NCBI GenBank assembly: GCA_051362555.1
Contig: CM120646.1
Coordinates: 19,592,001 to 19,656,000, forward strand
DNA from: Lingula anatina
Taxonomy: Eukaryota > Animalia > Brachiopoda
DNA: 64,000 bases
Direction: 5' to 3'
The translations under genes were made by a program, and so were the position numbers. Shown piece by piece: positions 49,361-63,853 of this stretch (its first letter is position 1; each line of letters opens with the position of its first letter). The notes under the pieces were generated by a model, which saw only the letters and a list, made by a program, of their open reading frames with translations, had not been told where the DNA came from and did not search any database.

Positions 49361-51507
49361 GTAGGGGTTCTGTGTTATCGTACAGTTATTGTACCACTAG
49401 CCTGAGTGCTTGGGATAATAAAGTAACAATTTTTAGTGAAATGAGTTATTTCTTTGTTAGTATTATTATAAATCAGGCACAATTTATTTTGATTTAGTAT
49501 TGTTGGTCTGTAGTCCCTTTTTGAAGCAGGCTCAGGCTATGAACTATTTTGTACAGAGAGATATATACAGAAAGGAACTGAATTCAATGTATTGGTTTAA
49601 GTACATATGTAATCATCTTATGTTGCGAAACAGATCTGGTAATATAAGCATCCAAGTGCCTCTGTGGTTTTACTGGATATTACCTGCAGCAGAATTAACT
49701 GCACAAACCAGTCTCTAACACATTCAGATTTATAGCATCACCCTGCCATTTGGCCTTGATTGAAAGGAATAAACATTTGACGTAAATCCCCTTTAAGTGG
49801 CATTTCAAACTGCGCTTGGCTGCAAGAAGAGGAAATGAAGCTTACTAATTTCTAGCACCAGCTGGAGCGTGTGTGACCAGGGCACTGGGTTTGTGGGTGG
49901 TGCATCTTGGGCACCTGAAGTCTGCCGCCTCCTAGTTGGTGGATTTGGTCTTGGTGCTGCCATCTGTTGACATTGGTCACGTGATTGGTTCATCTTGTAC
50001 CAGTGGTGCCATCTGTGGGGAAAAATGACAGAGAATCTGGTGTGAATGGATTATGTATAAGTTACGACCTCTTTAGATGTATTGGCATAAAGATTCTTTA
50101 ACTGAGGGTCTTGGGACACTTTTATTAAAAGACTCCGTTAAAAAGGATGATAAACAAACATTTTCTTTTGAATATCTTATGTCTCTGTATGTATTCGATT
50201 TGGCCTGAGCTGGGTGAATTGAAATCCAGTAGTGGTTTATGTAGTGCCCTGTAAGTATCTGAAATGATGAATAGACAGGAAACATGGGGGCCATTTCCTC
50301 CTACATGTAGGAAAGTCAAAGACTAAGGCTCTTACAAGTATGTAGGGCAAGTTAGTTAAATCAAGATGGACACACCCATGTGCACAGATATACGCACGGT
50401 GAGATGCACGTGCATACACACACATGCACCAATAGAGTTGGCAGGATATGCATGCTATATAATATTATGGAATGGCAGTATGGTTGGAATAGGAGAAGTG
50501 TGAAATTAGAACAGCATTGTCCATTGCATCCTTTCTCTTCTTTCTCTCTACAAGGAACCTTTGTTTTGATTTTAAAAAAAACATAACACATATCAAAGTA
50601 TTCCAATTGATAGATGTACATTGGGGAAGAAATCTCGTCTCATTTGCTCCTATCTTTGTGACTTGCACATATGATATATGAGTTTTATGGGCGTGTGATA
50701 CAAGCTAGATAAGTAAAATATATTGTTTCTTGTATGAAGTAAGGTGGAAGATAGATGCAATAGATTGATATCCGGTTCTTTATGATCTCATTAAGAACGT
50801 TGGAAAATTGCCACACCGTGAACTATTGAAGGCAATAACATAGAGCCATTGCTTGTTCCTATATTAATAGCACACATAGACATATAATCTAATCAGGGAC
50901 TTGAAAGATGCGATGCATGGAAAGAGAAAGGTTGTAAAGTACCCAATTCCTACCCCCCCCCCCCCCCTTCTTTTTATCGATTTTGTTTTGAGCAAATGAT
51001 AACACAACCAGGGCTGTACAAAGTGTAACAGAATCAAGAAAACAGGAAGGAATCTCTAAAAAGAAACTCAGAAAAGTGATGTGATATCAAATAAGTTACA
51101 GCTGAGGCTCTGGCAGCCTATTGATTGGATCTTAATTACTGCTGCTTATAATGGGCTGCTATCAAAGGAATTCTCAGTTTCATTAATAGGCCTAATGTTT
51201 AAACCTGTCAAAGCACAGAGACACAATAGACGGAGATGTTCCAGGGATCCAATAAGGTTCCAGGGGTTTCAATTATACTTTCTTGCCAAGCTGTCTCTAT
51301 TGTATCATGATAAGGGGAATGGGGAAAAAAAGCATAACGATAATTATGTTATGTGTATAGATGGGGAAAAATCGTTTTATTCTGTTCAGGTGTTTTTCAG
51401 TATTATTATTATCATAAAAGATTGTCTAATGATGAAACCCCAGACATACAAAGCACTTATTGCTTGTAAACTGATTACATGAAACAATATTGAAAATACA
51501 GGCATAT

Positions 51508-51554
<47 letters not shown>

Positions 51555-52804
51555 TCTTTCATGACCTGAAAATGTACATGGCTTTAGATTTGTCAGTTTG
51601 CTTAAAAAGACATGCTTCACTAACTCTGCTTGGAAATGAAGTTGGATAATGTTCTTTTAGCTTGTTCACCATTCCTTTGGCACAACAACTTGTAGAATTC
51701 TTCCAGTGAACATCTTCAGCATTTTGAAAAAGCGTTTATTTACTAAGACTTAGTGATCTTAAAAGTTAGACAAGCAAATCAGTTTTGTTAATCTGCAAAG
51801 TGAAAAGGTTTCAGCAGGCAAGCCAGGTTTTATTTTAAAAGGTTGGCAGGCAATAGAAAGTAGAAAGCATCACCCTCCAGTCAGTTTCCACTAGGAGTAT
51901 TTCAGACTGGACAATGTCCCAACTAATACCCTAAGTCAACCAGATGGATTAAACATGAATCCATAGGTCTGATATGTACCATTGCCTCTCTGTTCAGACT
52001 ATGAGTTTTTAAAGAGAGACTTGTGCCAATTTTTAGAATTCCTTGTTATTGACATATGTTCATCTGATAACACCAGATAGCGTGTTTACCAGTCCAAAAT
52101 TGTCCATGTCTGAACTGATTCGGCTACTACCATGAAAAAAGCAACCGTTGCACAGTAATGTGATTAAGCAGGAGGAAGTCGCCCATAGTTATGGCAGTGG
52201 AGGCACCAAGGTAGTTGCACAGGAATTAGAGTGCAATGCATTTTACAGAGAAGATTAGCCACTATCCAGGTGTAAATTATTTCAGTTCTGCACCCCATTT
52301 TTCTGGAACACTAGTTAAGGAAGGAGTTTTACATCTTGCTGTGCTACATTACCCCCTCCAAAACAAAATAATAAAATAAAAATAAATAAACATGCCTACG
52401 TTGAATCCCAAGGTCTAACCTAGAAACCACCGGGAAACCTGGTGTAAATTATTTCAGTTCTTTATTCCAATTTTCTGGAACATGGTGAGTGTTACCTGTA
52501 GCTATGCCCCTCCCCCCTCTCCCCTCAGTAGATACTTTCATCTCGGTGATATGATGGTACAACTCTTTCAGCTTTGCACCATCAAATATTCTCTCTGATT
52601 TATGGGTCAGTGTATGTATTTTTCTCTTTTTATATTTTATTTATATTTTTTCATTCATATTTTGCGTTATGTTTTAAGATAAATTATATTTTACACAAAA
52701 AGGAAAAGAAAAAGAAGAATGCTGAAGCAACTCTTACTTATCTTAACAGAAGTGAATAGTTGTTGAAGAGAAGAAACATTTTTGCACTGTTACTGTGATT
52801 GTGA

Positions 52805-52842
<38 letters not shown>

Positions 52843-55800
52843 AACAATACAGCAAAATTTTCTGTCATAACTACTCATAAGCATATCTTGTCCGATCTCT
52901 AAAATCTCATGAGATTACACCATAACTTTTCTTCACACTATAATTTTCCTTTAATTTGACCAAATATAATGGAACAGAAAGTCAGAGAAGGTGAACTGTT
53001 CCTGTCTTCGCTGTAACTTCACTGTAACTCTCTGTCAGACCAGTAGTTTAGTGCTCTGATTCTGTTCCTTTCCTACTGTGCCCAGATCATGTATAGTAAT
53101 ATACAGCTCCTGTGTCAGTTGCCGTAGAAACCACCAGCTATTTTGGTACCACTGCGGTCTGCAAAAGTTCCCTCTGCTGGAGGAAAGATGGATGCCCTGC
53201 CAGATATTTTCTCAATGAAATTGTTTAAAGGAATGTTGATATGTGCTCTTTGATGCATTACGGTGATTTTATGTGATTTGTATGGACTCTACTCGACTTG
53301 GTGCAGTGAAAAGAAGATAAAGCATGTAAATACCTGTTTATAAACAGACTAATTTCTTCGACATATTTTTTCCAAGTTTTTACTGATGTCAAGTTGAAGT
53401 TAACATGAAGAAGACCAAGATTTTCCTTAACATATTTTACTCTCCATATTTTTTATATTGTTGCAAAATAACTCAGTTTACAGGATCAGTGACTTTAGTC
53501 AACCAACCCCTTCCTCCTCAACATCATGCCTGTAAATATCGTTAGAACTGCAATATTTTAGCTCATTTCAGATCAGATTTTGACTTGTTTGAATATGCGA
53601 TTTGACTTCTCTGTCATAAGGATATGGAGGCTTATTCCTCTTATTTAAACATCTTTGACTTGAAGGATCAGGTCAGAGATTGCCCAGATCAATAGCCAGT
53701 TGTCAGATAGAGCATCGCTTTGATAGCATTTCAATTACGTGTCATAAACCATGTGTTAGGGGAGTACGTGACTGATGTCCTCTGGTGTTGGAAACAATAT
53801 TTGTACTGAAACTCTTGGAGACTTGTTAATAATAATAATAAAAATGATAATAGTAATATAACAAAAGCCAGTACAATTAAGTTTTTTGAGTAAGATGGAC
53901 ACAAACAGAAATAAGCACACCTGACTTAAATTATCCTTCAAAAGGGCCATGATATCAATTTCATTTTAAAAAAGAAAAGACATTATGTGAAACTATAGCC
54001 TACTCCGCTGAGGAGAGGCCCTCTTTCTTGCTGGTGTGGAATTAATATCAAACAATGGGGTTTTCTATCCTATAATTTACCACATTTATATTAATGAGAT
54101 GATTATTGGATGGTTATGAAACAAGGCACTCAAGGTGGGGGGGGGGGGGAGATTGATGAACCATGCTGTGAGATGAAAACACCGAAAAAAAACAGAGGAT
54201 TCAGAAATTATCCTTATTTTTGTTTAATCGTATGATTATACAAAAAAGGAATTCACGAGATCAAATGTGGCTCATTAATGTTTGCTGAATGCTATATACA
54301 AAATTAAAACTTAATGTCGGTCAAATATCACAATGAATTGTTGAAAATTTTGATTTTTGAGATTCCGACAAAATCTGATGGATAAAGGCATACAGAAATG
54401 AATCCATATTTAATCCTGGCCAAGCAGTTGTAACTGAGCTACCAAATGCACTGAGGCATTGTGTGGATGGTTGGATAAGGGAAACGGGAGAAAAGATGGG
54501 AATGTCCAGTAAAAAAATTTGGAGATATTAAAAGAGTTATGGGTTAAGGAAACTGCTGGCAGCATGTAGGAACTCAATTTAGGGAGCCCACAGGTACACA
54601 TGCCAGGTAGAGTTAATGCAGCAATTGCCATGGGATAATTTCATTGAGAAGGTAATTCCTCCGAGTAGTTATGGGCTGACATTTTCTTCCAAGTTCTGAT
54701 TGAAGAATTTGGGACAATTTACTCACTTTCGAACATTTTTTTTTCTTGTGTTTTGGACCATGTCAATAAATGAAGTCTGCCTCAACCCATCTTCCACCTG
54801 TCTGAGTCATTACATATCCTTACCCAGGGCCAGGTGATATTATTCCACAACCAAGAACTTGTATAATCTTGCTAACCTTGAGCAGTTCTAGGAATGGGCC
54901 TCTGTGTTTATATGTGGAGCCCCCGCTATGGATGGGAGACCCAACAGAGACCTGTGTAGCTCTTCTGCCTGACATTTACCTCATAAAAAAAAACTGGCTG
55001 TGCCTTCCTATACATCCACCATCCATAGCCGTGTCCAGACTACATATGCAGTGGCCATGCCACATTTGATATCCTCTGGGGGGCTCCTGTTGGGTATCCA
55101 GAGTCAGGGGCAGAGCTGGTTGAAGTGTGGGCCCCAGGGAAGGCATGGTCCACCCTTGGTACAGGTAACAGAAGAGAGTTGTATACTGCACTAATACAGG
55201 CCCAAGGAAGCTTGTTCATTTCAACTGAGTAAAATTTACACAGAAATCTACATTCCGACCAGGGCAACTTTGTGGGGGCAAACTAGCGGGAATTAACATA
55301 TATGGAGTAAAAGAGGGGAAAATGGAAGTTATGAGACACAGATATCACCACTACACAGATGGGAAGGAATAGGATGTGGTTTGGATGTGGTAGCTTCTTT
55401 CTTCTGCTTTTTTTTTAAATCTTTTTTGAATGTGGATGAGGACTGGAACTTACTCATAGGAATAAGCTTGGATGGTGACCAGAAGAGAGTATTAAGAGAG
55501 TTCAAACTTTGTGAAGAATTTGCAGATTTATGAATTTGAAAAGCAGTGACCACAGTTCCAAACAGTTGATGACATGTGGTTTTGAATATGAAGAATATGG
55601 CAAAAACATCTACCTCAGTTTAATTTTAAAGAGGATATCGAGTAAAGATGTGGTGTTAACAGAGATTATTACATTAAAGATTTCATTTACTCTTGGAAAG
55701 AAAGTGATATGTCAGTCAGAGGAATGCTAAACATGATAGTGGGAGTTCGGTTATATTAAGGACCCCTGAAATCTTAGCAATGGCTTCAGATCAGTCTGGT

Positions 55801-57595
55801 TATTTTTAATGTTCACATTTAGAAGAAGTAACGAAAATAACTCTATTCAGGAATCACTGAGCTCTCAAGTATTACTGTTGCGTAAGCCTGGGATTTTTTA
55901 GGGATCCCACAATACAAATGAATTCTACTGCTATCTTTGAACAGGCAAAATAAACTGCCTTGTCAGTCTCCTTATTTTAGTGGTTTAAGATAGCTGGACT
56001 TCCAGTCAATCAGAGGTGAATGGAAGGATAGGTGTAGTTAGTGATGATCTATCTGTGCAAAGACAGTTACTGCCTTTTTACACAAGAGGTTCAAATGTGT
56101 GTGGAGTTTGGAAAAGAAAGCACGGCACACTGCAGACAGGAAAGGGATGTGTCAGCTTAGTGATATTGTTTGATTGAATGAGAGTCTGGATCACAACAAT
56201 TCATCTTAACTACAGGCAGTTTATCGGCTGAGATTTAATCTTGGGGTTGGATGTAATCTGTAGATGCTACAGCAAGGCCATATCTAGGACATTATTCAGA
56301 AAAAGGAGAGAGAGAGAGGAAAAGAAGAGAAGGGAAGACTGGGTGGAGATGGTCTGCTGGCATACAATGGTGATTGCTCTTCCTTTCCTTCTTACATAAG
56401 GAAGAGACAAATAATTGAAATAATTGGAAGAGGAGGACATAATTCCAGTTTGACGTCATCTATATATAGACGCATCTTACTAATTTACAGCTCTCCTTGT
56501 TTGTGAGTTTTCATGCCCTGCATTTAATTAAGGAGAAGAGCGTGGATTAGTCTCTTACTGGGTGGATACAGCATGCTAATCTGAAGTTTGTCAATTTGTT
56601 CTTGTTTTTGGAAATTGTGATTTGTGGTGTGGATTCTGCCATATGATTCCATATTTGTGACAGTGTTTTCAGTCTGGATAGCACAATCTTAGTTTGTTTT
56701 AGTTAACTTTAATTTCCTTGAAAATGATGTATTGATGCAATGAATCTGTGTTTACCAAGAAGAAATGTGCAATTTAGATTTCACCATATGATGGTTTGCT
56801 TTTGTTGGAGCCAGATTTGTTCAATGAAAGGATGTTAGGAGTGTGTTCTCATTCCTGTTTTACGATATCTCTAATCACTCCGTATCTGCCATCATCATGA
56901 TAATAAAGTATCCTTTGGTTTGACACATTCAACGAGGAGCTCTGATTGCAACACTGTATAGAAGGCCTAACACTTGGCCTGTAACGGTTTTATTCTGAAG
57001 TATATCGGGAAATAATCCTCCTTAGAAAACAGTGCCTGTGTTTAATCAACACTTTGAGGAAGGCTAACGATGCAATTTTAAATGCCATTGTGACAGGTAA
57101 TTTTGATTAGAGATCCAGCTGAGGAGAAACGGCCAGTCTTAAAGGCGAGGATTGGTAGAATCAGAAGAAAAGTCTTATCAGCTGGGAAATAAAGTAGAAC
57201 GGACAGCAGATGGGTTGTAGAGAGAGCAAGAAGAAAATTTTTGAGATCATATGTCACAAATTATGTACACCTTTGGAGATATTTGATATTATTAGATCAA
57301 ATTACATCAGTGGATTTAGGATTCACATGTACTAATCTGTATCCTAAGACATGGGTTACTTCAATTGATTTCTGACGCAGTGAATGCTCACCGTTATGAT
57401 TTACGTCGTTAGAAGTCCAGGATCACTACTTGTGTGACATTTGATTCTGATATTGTTTTCCAGACAACTGGCTGACAATTAGAGATAACTTTTCAGAACT
57501 TATTTTCAAAGCAATGAGAAAGAAATGCAAATAACAAAGACCACCTGACATTTTTTCATAAATTTCAATAAAGCTTAAGGAGATCTAACACAAGC

Positions 57596-57838
57596 ATGGA
57601 CTTTTTGAGTTACGGGAATTCATGGAAATTAGACAGCCGTCGCCCTAAGGCATCTGCAATGCTGTGTAGGGAAAGTCAAGAAGGGGGTAAACCTCAGGAC
57701 GGAGGGGGTGTTTGTGGGGTGGTGGAGGGGTTGGAGTATTCTGGCAGTAAAGAACCCCCAGAGGAACATGCACCTTTGATATATATGGCGGATGAACTGT
57801 CCTTTATAGACGAGTTTGTGGAGGAAATAAGATTTAAG
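57596..57838 (+). CDS. Candidate internal alternative first exon of the RhoGEF (PDZ-less isoform)
   Basis: agcATGG start; 81 codons MDFLSYGNSWKLDS...ELSFIDEFVEEIRFK; AAG|gtgaat donor; phase 0 matches exon 60986. Confidence 0.6.
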
Positions 57839-57855
57839 GTGAATAGTTTTGATTG

Positions 57856-57886
<31 letters not shown>

Positions 57887-59115
57887 TGCCTTTGCTTTCA
57901 ATCAATTTTAAGATAGCAAAAGGACAGTGTTGTACTTAACCTGAATATATAAGTTCAATTTTATTTTTTAATGATGCGGCAGTTTGCACATGTGAGATTT
58001 GCCTTTTTTTTTTTTTTTAATTTAAGACAAACCTTCCGCTCCTTTTGATGGTGCATGTTCTGTGAATTCTTTATAGGTTAAATTACATTTTAATGTGTGG
58101 CAGATTTTGCTAATGAATTTTTTTATTATCATTCAAATTCCTGGAATGAAGGTCTGTAGGGTTCTATCTAGGTGTTTATATAACAAAAATCCAACATTTA
58201 TTTTTAATGTGTTATTCAAATTGAACAACATGCATCTAAAGAAATTATATCCTTTGGTGCAGCGCTGACTGTTTTTGATTATTTGGCAAAAAATAAGAAT
58301 AACTGGTCAGTTTTGAATTATCAATTAAACTGACATTTTAAAGTTTTCTTTAAATTCTATTATATATATAAAAAAATGAAAGGCATAATTCATTATTTTA
58401 AAAAGTATGTTTCAGTATTAAGATTTTTCTCTTGTAGACCCTTAAAGTGTTTAAATTCATACAGTAGAATCTGCATATCTAGGACACAGAGAGCAGAAAA
58501 TTTGAGTTCAGAAGAAGTTTATGTGAGGCAAAGTGTTTAGTTTCAGATAACAGCAAAGAAAAAATTCACCTTTTTTTTTTAAGAGATAAACAATAATGCA
58601 AGGTATAAGGTGAGACCTTATGTGGAATCTAATAAACTGTTTGGACTATTCCTGAAGTACTTATTTTAAAGGATTTAGAAACACTTGCAATTAATTTCCT
58701 TATCAACCAGCTTGGTATAGACAGCCTGTCTAAAAGCCAATAATGATAGTGAAGTAATATTTCCTTTGTAATTAGTTTTCTCTTGATAATAAACAAGACT
58801 CATTGAATTATTTTTAGCAGCACTTTCAGGTTTGATTCTACATCTTTTGAATTTAGAATACTTAAAATTGGAAGACAAGTGTATCAGGTTGTTATTTCTG
58901 TTAACTAAATTAGTTATGTCAGAATGTTGAGATTGGTTTAAGAGTTTTTATGTTTTGTTTCCAAGCTGAGTGGCTTTTTAATCGTCAGATGTAATATCGA
59001 ATAAGGTTGTTGACAGGGAAGGAGCTTGACAATATTTAATGTCAGGTATAATTGGGAATGTGGTCATCAGAGTATATGACCCATCTTTTAAGTTATATAA
59101 AAGCCTTTTGTAGGT

Positions 59116-59240
<125 letters not shown>

Positions 59241-60985
59241 ACTCGTAGTGTTTTGACCATGGTTTATGTTCTTGACTCATCTCCTTGGCCAGAAGACATA
59301 TGGTCCTGGCTCTCCATCCACTGATATTGCCGTCAGTCTGGGAGCTGATGAATTGGAAATCAAGGAGGCACTCACAGTGATTTATATCTACCTGAAACTA
59401 GACATATATTAGAACCCTTTCTTCATCTATTTAACTTGGTTACACTGTGGCTATGTGCTGTAAAAGAATTAAGGGTGTTCTGGCAATGATTCATGCCTAC
59501 ATTAAATTATGGGTATACTAGAAGGAATTCTAGATCTATTTTGCTGGGTTGTCTTGTGGCAATGTGCTGTAAGAGAATTAAGGAGGTGCTTACATGGAAT
59601 TGGCCATATGGTGGCTGCGCTCTCTGCAGACTCTGTGGCTATATCTCTAAGGGACCCATTTTAGCCTTATAACTGATATTTTATTTTTCAATTTGTTTTT
59701 GCTTTCTCTCTCTAAACCCCCCCCCCCCCCCCCCCCCGCCCCCTTTAACATACTAATTATGTACAGTTAATAACCCTTGGTACTCTGCAGTAAAAAGAAA
59801 GTGTACCAGAAATTGGACGTTTTGTTGATTGTATCGTCCTACCTTTAGTAATGAAGAGATATAATCCAGGATTTCAGGTATTTTTACCTGTAGTGTTTGT
59901 TGCCTTATTGTATTATAAACATTGTCTTATATTTAACAGGGAGCTGTGAAGATGACATGTGCATAGTGGCCATGAAGCCATGAATTGAGCCTTTAGCAAG
60001 GGTTTTCTTTAGTATACAGAGACACATCAGATTTTGTTTTATTACACCACATGCAGAGTCGGGGCCCAGTTCATTCAGGTGTTAATTTATACAGGGCTAT
60101 TATCATGGTTCGTGTTTTAAATACAGAGTTTGAGGCCCCAGGTCCCATCCCAGGTGTATAAAACTGTTGTGGTGTGAGGAACAGATAGTCAATATTTGGT
60201 TTGTAATGAAGTAGGGTGCTCCTAGTGTTTACAGAACACCACTGTGTCGAGAGGAGTTCTGTATGTCAAGTGGAAATTACAAAAGAAAAAGACCACTGAA
60301 TTCTACGTATACGGATATTCACCCTCAGCTTTAATTTATTTGGTGGCCCTATGCGTTAGAGTGCATTGTCACCAATTTACAGTCTTTGCTGAAAATAAAA
60401 AAGAGGAAAATTGTCTTTTTTTAGTAGAATGGGTACCAGAAAAGCACCATTGTATCTCATAAACAGAATAAATAGAATATGAATAAAAATTGCAGATATT
60501 TTTCTATGCATATGAGTAAATTACAAGTTAGTAACAAAGGTGGCATTTTTGGTTCTGGTCCATAGATCTATATTTACCTTTGTTGTTATTAAAAAAAGCA
60601 TTTTATTCAAAACCAAACTATTTTGCCTTAAATCGTGATTATCCAAATTCTTAGTGTTTAGTGTAGTTGAATTTAAAATATCAAGTTGACACATTCACAT
60701 TCTATTTAAACTCCTCCTCCTGTAGCATCCAGGAACAAAGTGTTGCTTTGATCTCAAGTCGAGAGCTGCGCCCATTAAAATGTAGACATCCCAACACTTT
60801 GCATCAGAATGGCCATGTATTCTTTTTCTCACCAAAAATATGTAGCACACATTGTCATGATGATTGTGCAGTCCTATATTTGGATTACTTATGAAAAGAA
60901 GACACAAAGTTATGTGTACATATTTCATGACATCAGATGGGAAGAATGTCAGGAGTAATGGACTGTGTGTCTTCATGTTTTTCAG

Positions 60986-61117
60986 GACATGAAGGTGATG
61001 ACGCCGAGCTCGTCCCCACCGCCAGAACGGGGCTTGCCCATTAATGCAGCATTTCGTCCGCAGCAGACCAACATCATGTGTGCTGAGGATGATGACTTCA
61101 CATCAGATGATGACCAT
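60986..61117 (+). CDS. ARHGEF11: RhoGEF exon 12 (acidic motif preceding the RGS-like domain)
   Basis: DMKVMTPSSSPPPERG...NIMCAEDDDFTSDDDH; IxxAEDDDF is the G-alpha12/13-binding acidic motif of RH-RhoGEFs; gtaagt donor. Confidence 0.93.
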
Positions 61118-61868
61118 GTAAGTCATAAACTTAATTCGCATGTTTGTGCGTGTGTGTGCTAAATGTATATGTTAATTTTATATGTCACTTATTTTGCGTT
61201 ATTTCACGTGCAACTCAAACTTGAATCCTGCATGTGAACAAGGTGTCCTTTGGCTCTCACTAGCTGGTGTAATTAATTTCAATGCAAATTCTAATATTTT
61301 TTTGTTTAAAATTCTTAATTTATGTCAAATAAGCTTTTAAACGAGCAAAATTCAGTTATAGTAGTAAAAATGAACCAAAAGATAATCCATTGGTCATAAT
61401 TTTCTATGATAACTAGAATCCTTTCAGGAACCTATTTTATCAGTATTGTATGATCACAAGTTTGTTTGCATGTCTCTCAAGTTGTATTACCACCAAGATG
61501 TGCTTGTGTCTGTTGTTTTGTCCAGTTAATTTAGGTCAAAAAGTTGAGAACATAGAGCTTTTAGCAAACCATAAAACAAAACCCATTCATGAACCAATTG
61601 AACTTGTATCAGTTGTTAATTGAATATATATATTGTGACATCAAGTTTAGTCACCAAAAAAAAAAAAAAAATTACGGAGGTTACCTTGTTCATATAGTCA
61701 AAGATTCCAAACTGCTGTTTGGGAGTTGATTATATACTGAGAGAGAAAGTCGCAGGTGCCACAAGATTTCACTAGATTTCAACACAGTGCGAATATGCAT
61801 CTTTGATCACTCCACAACACCATCAAATTTGCTGACTCATTGTTCTGTGTTTATTTCTTCCCTCCCAG

Positions 61869-61931
61869 CTTGAAGAGCGCAATGCCTTTCACATACTGAG
61901 TACATTGGAAACCAGGCCACACCTGTATCAG
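61869..61931 (+). CDS. Candidate 63-nt cassette exon of the RhoGEF
   Basis: tttatttcttccctcccag acceptor; LEERNAFHILSTLETRPHLYQ; CAG|gttgtt donor (weak); phase 0/0. Confidence 0.45.
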
Positions 61932-62049
61932 GTTGTTTGAAATGACAAACTGTGTTCTAACTTTTCATTTAATTCATTAATGATATAATGCTTGAGGCTT
62001 TGCCATGATCTGTTGGATTTATACTGCCATGCATAGAAAGCTCTGGGTG

Positions 62050-62258
62050 CATTTTGAACAAGTTGATCGTCTGACTAAAAGATCTGCAGATCAAATATGG
62101 CCAAACCATTTGAAAGCTTGCCGCATCATCTCTTAATAGACACTGAAGAAGTTCCCCTCGGGGAGTACGTGGCAAGCTTCAAGTGGACCAGCCATATTAG
62201 ATCCATAGATTTGTTAGTCTGCAAGTCCGATTTGTTAGATTTGGTTGTGAATATGGGC
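62050..62258. mobile_element. MITE family A copy 3 (diverged)
   Basis: Contains gatcaaatatggccaaacc...aatagacactgaa...aagtggaccagccatattagatc...gttagtc, matching copies 1 and 2. Boundaries are approximate. Confidence 0.65.
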
Positions 62259-63853
62259 TACGAGGCAATCTCACAGTAAATGGGAACATCAACATGAAAC
62301 ATGCCATTATCTGAAAGCATTTTTCTTTTGTTTAATAAGATGATATAAACCATCTCAAACTCTTTGGCCAATTTATCATTTATTTGGGTCTAATTTGGGA
62401 TGTGGGTGTACCAAAAATATTGCTTTGTGAGCTCTTCTTTCCTTGTCACCTCATCTTCTGCTCCTAGGAGTAGCCATCCAACAGATAATGTCATTTCTTT
62501 AACAGTCACTCAACATAGCATGTACTTAGATGGTTAGGCCCTTATGGTTGTTTGAAAACATGGTTTACAGATTTTCACATAGAAATTCTAGGAGACACGG
62601 CTCTCCAGTTTTAGTAGTACTTCATTCATCAGCTCAGCCATGCTGGCAAGTTCAGGGCTGCTGCTACCTCCAGAGCTCTGTAAACCTGGTTTTCCCATAA
62701 ACATCGCCTAAACAGTATGGCATCTGCCAAAAGCTGTGGGAGAAGGGAAAAACATCACATGCAGTAACCCCTTTTCCCTCTTCTGCTTTCATTTTTCTCC
62801 AAAGAGGAAGCTGGGCTAATCCAAACTAGCAAGCTAACTTCACTAAACTCTCTTTTTCTCTTGATCTCTCTCTCTCTCTCTCTCTCTTGATCTGTGACTG
62901 TTTTGAAATGGTCAGCAGAGCTAATGTGAAAATTTAAATTAAGTTAACATAATTTTGCCACACTGTTTGGTAATCACCTATTGGCAATCACCTGACATAA
63001 AAAACTTGTTTCTACAGTTGATATTTGAAAGACATTTTCTTTCGTTGCACATTGCTGGTAATTACACCCATTATGAATTAATTCTCCAAAGACCTTTTTG
63101 CATGACGGGTCAATCTTCTTTCAGGTTTTTAATTGACCTCAGCATTGCTGGCTGCTCAAAATGTTGTTCTTTGGCATTGCTGACTGGCTTAAACTAGCTG
63201 TAATTTCATGAGGAGGCTCATACTTAAAGTGCAACTTCAACATTTTGTCAACCATTACTGTTAGTAACAGCTAGGTTATCTTTTCAGAGCGCTTTTCTCA
63301 CATTTTTGCTCTTATCGACCACCTGGTCTCTCTCCTGGAGTTCAAACTGTTGCACTGCTATCTGAAATGCACTTTTTTAAAAGACCTGCACATTGGTATT
63401 GTTTCTATTATGTACAAGTCTTAACAAAATGTTGTACCACAGATGCTGGATAGGATACAGCATTTTGTGGAATATTGTGAATGTCAAGGAATGGAAACAT
63501 TTATCTGCTTTTATATCTCTGATGTGTTTTCAGATTGATCTAACTTGAAAGCACGATGCTCAAATTTACTTATTGCTTCAAAACATAGTTTTTCTCTGTT
63601 GTAGATGATTTTGGTTAATACATGTAGCTTTGTTTTAATGCTGTTGTCAAGCAAAGCGGACCTTTTTTTAACAAAAATAGAACACATTTAACCACACATT
63701 TTAAAGATATAAATGCTTTCACAACCTCCATGGCTCTCACAGAGTTAATTAAATATGCTTTTGTGCTCTTCATTCAAAGGTGAGGACGCGGTGGGCAGAA
63801 AAGTTGAATATATGATGAGGATGCTTACTGTTCTCCTTTTCTTTCCTCCATAG

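Noticed and set aside
53118-53131. RFX X-box-like GTTGCCGTAGAAAC with a nearby ATG
   Set aside because: Single motif; the following ORF stops without a usable donor.
63780-63790. Possible microexon or alternative acceptor before the RGS exon
   Set aside because: 11 nt would shift the frame, and read-through meets a TGA.
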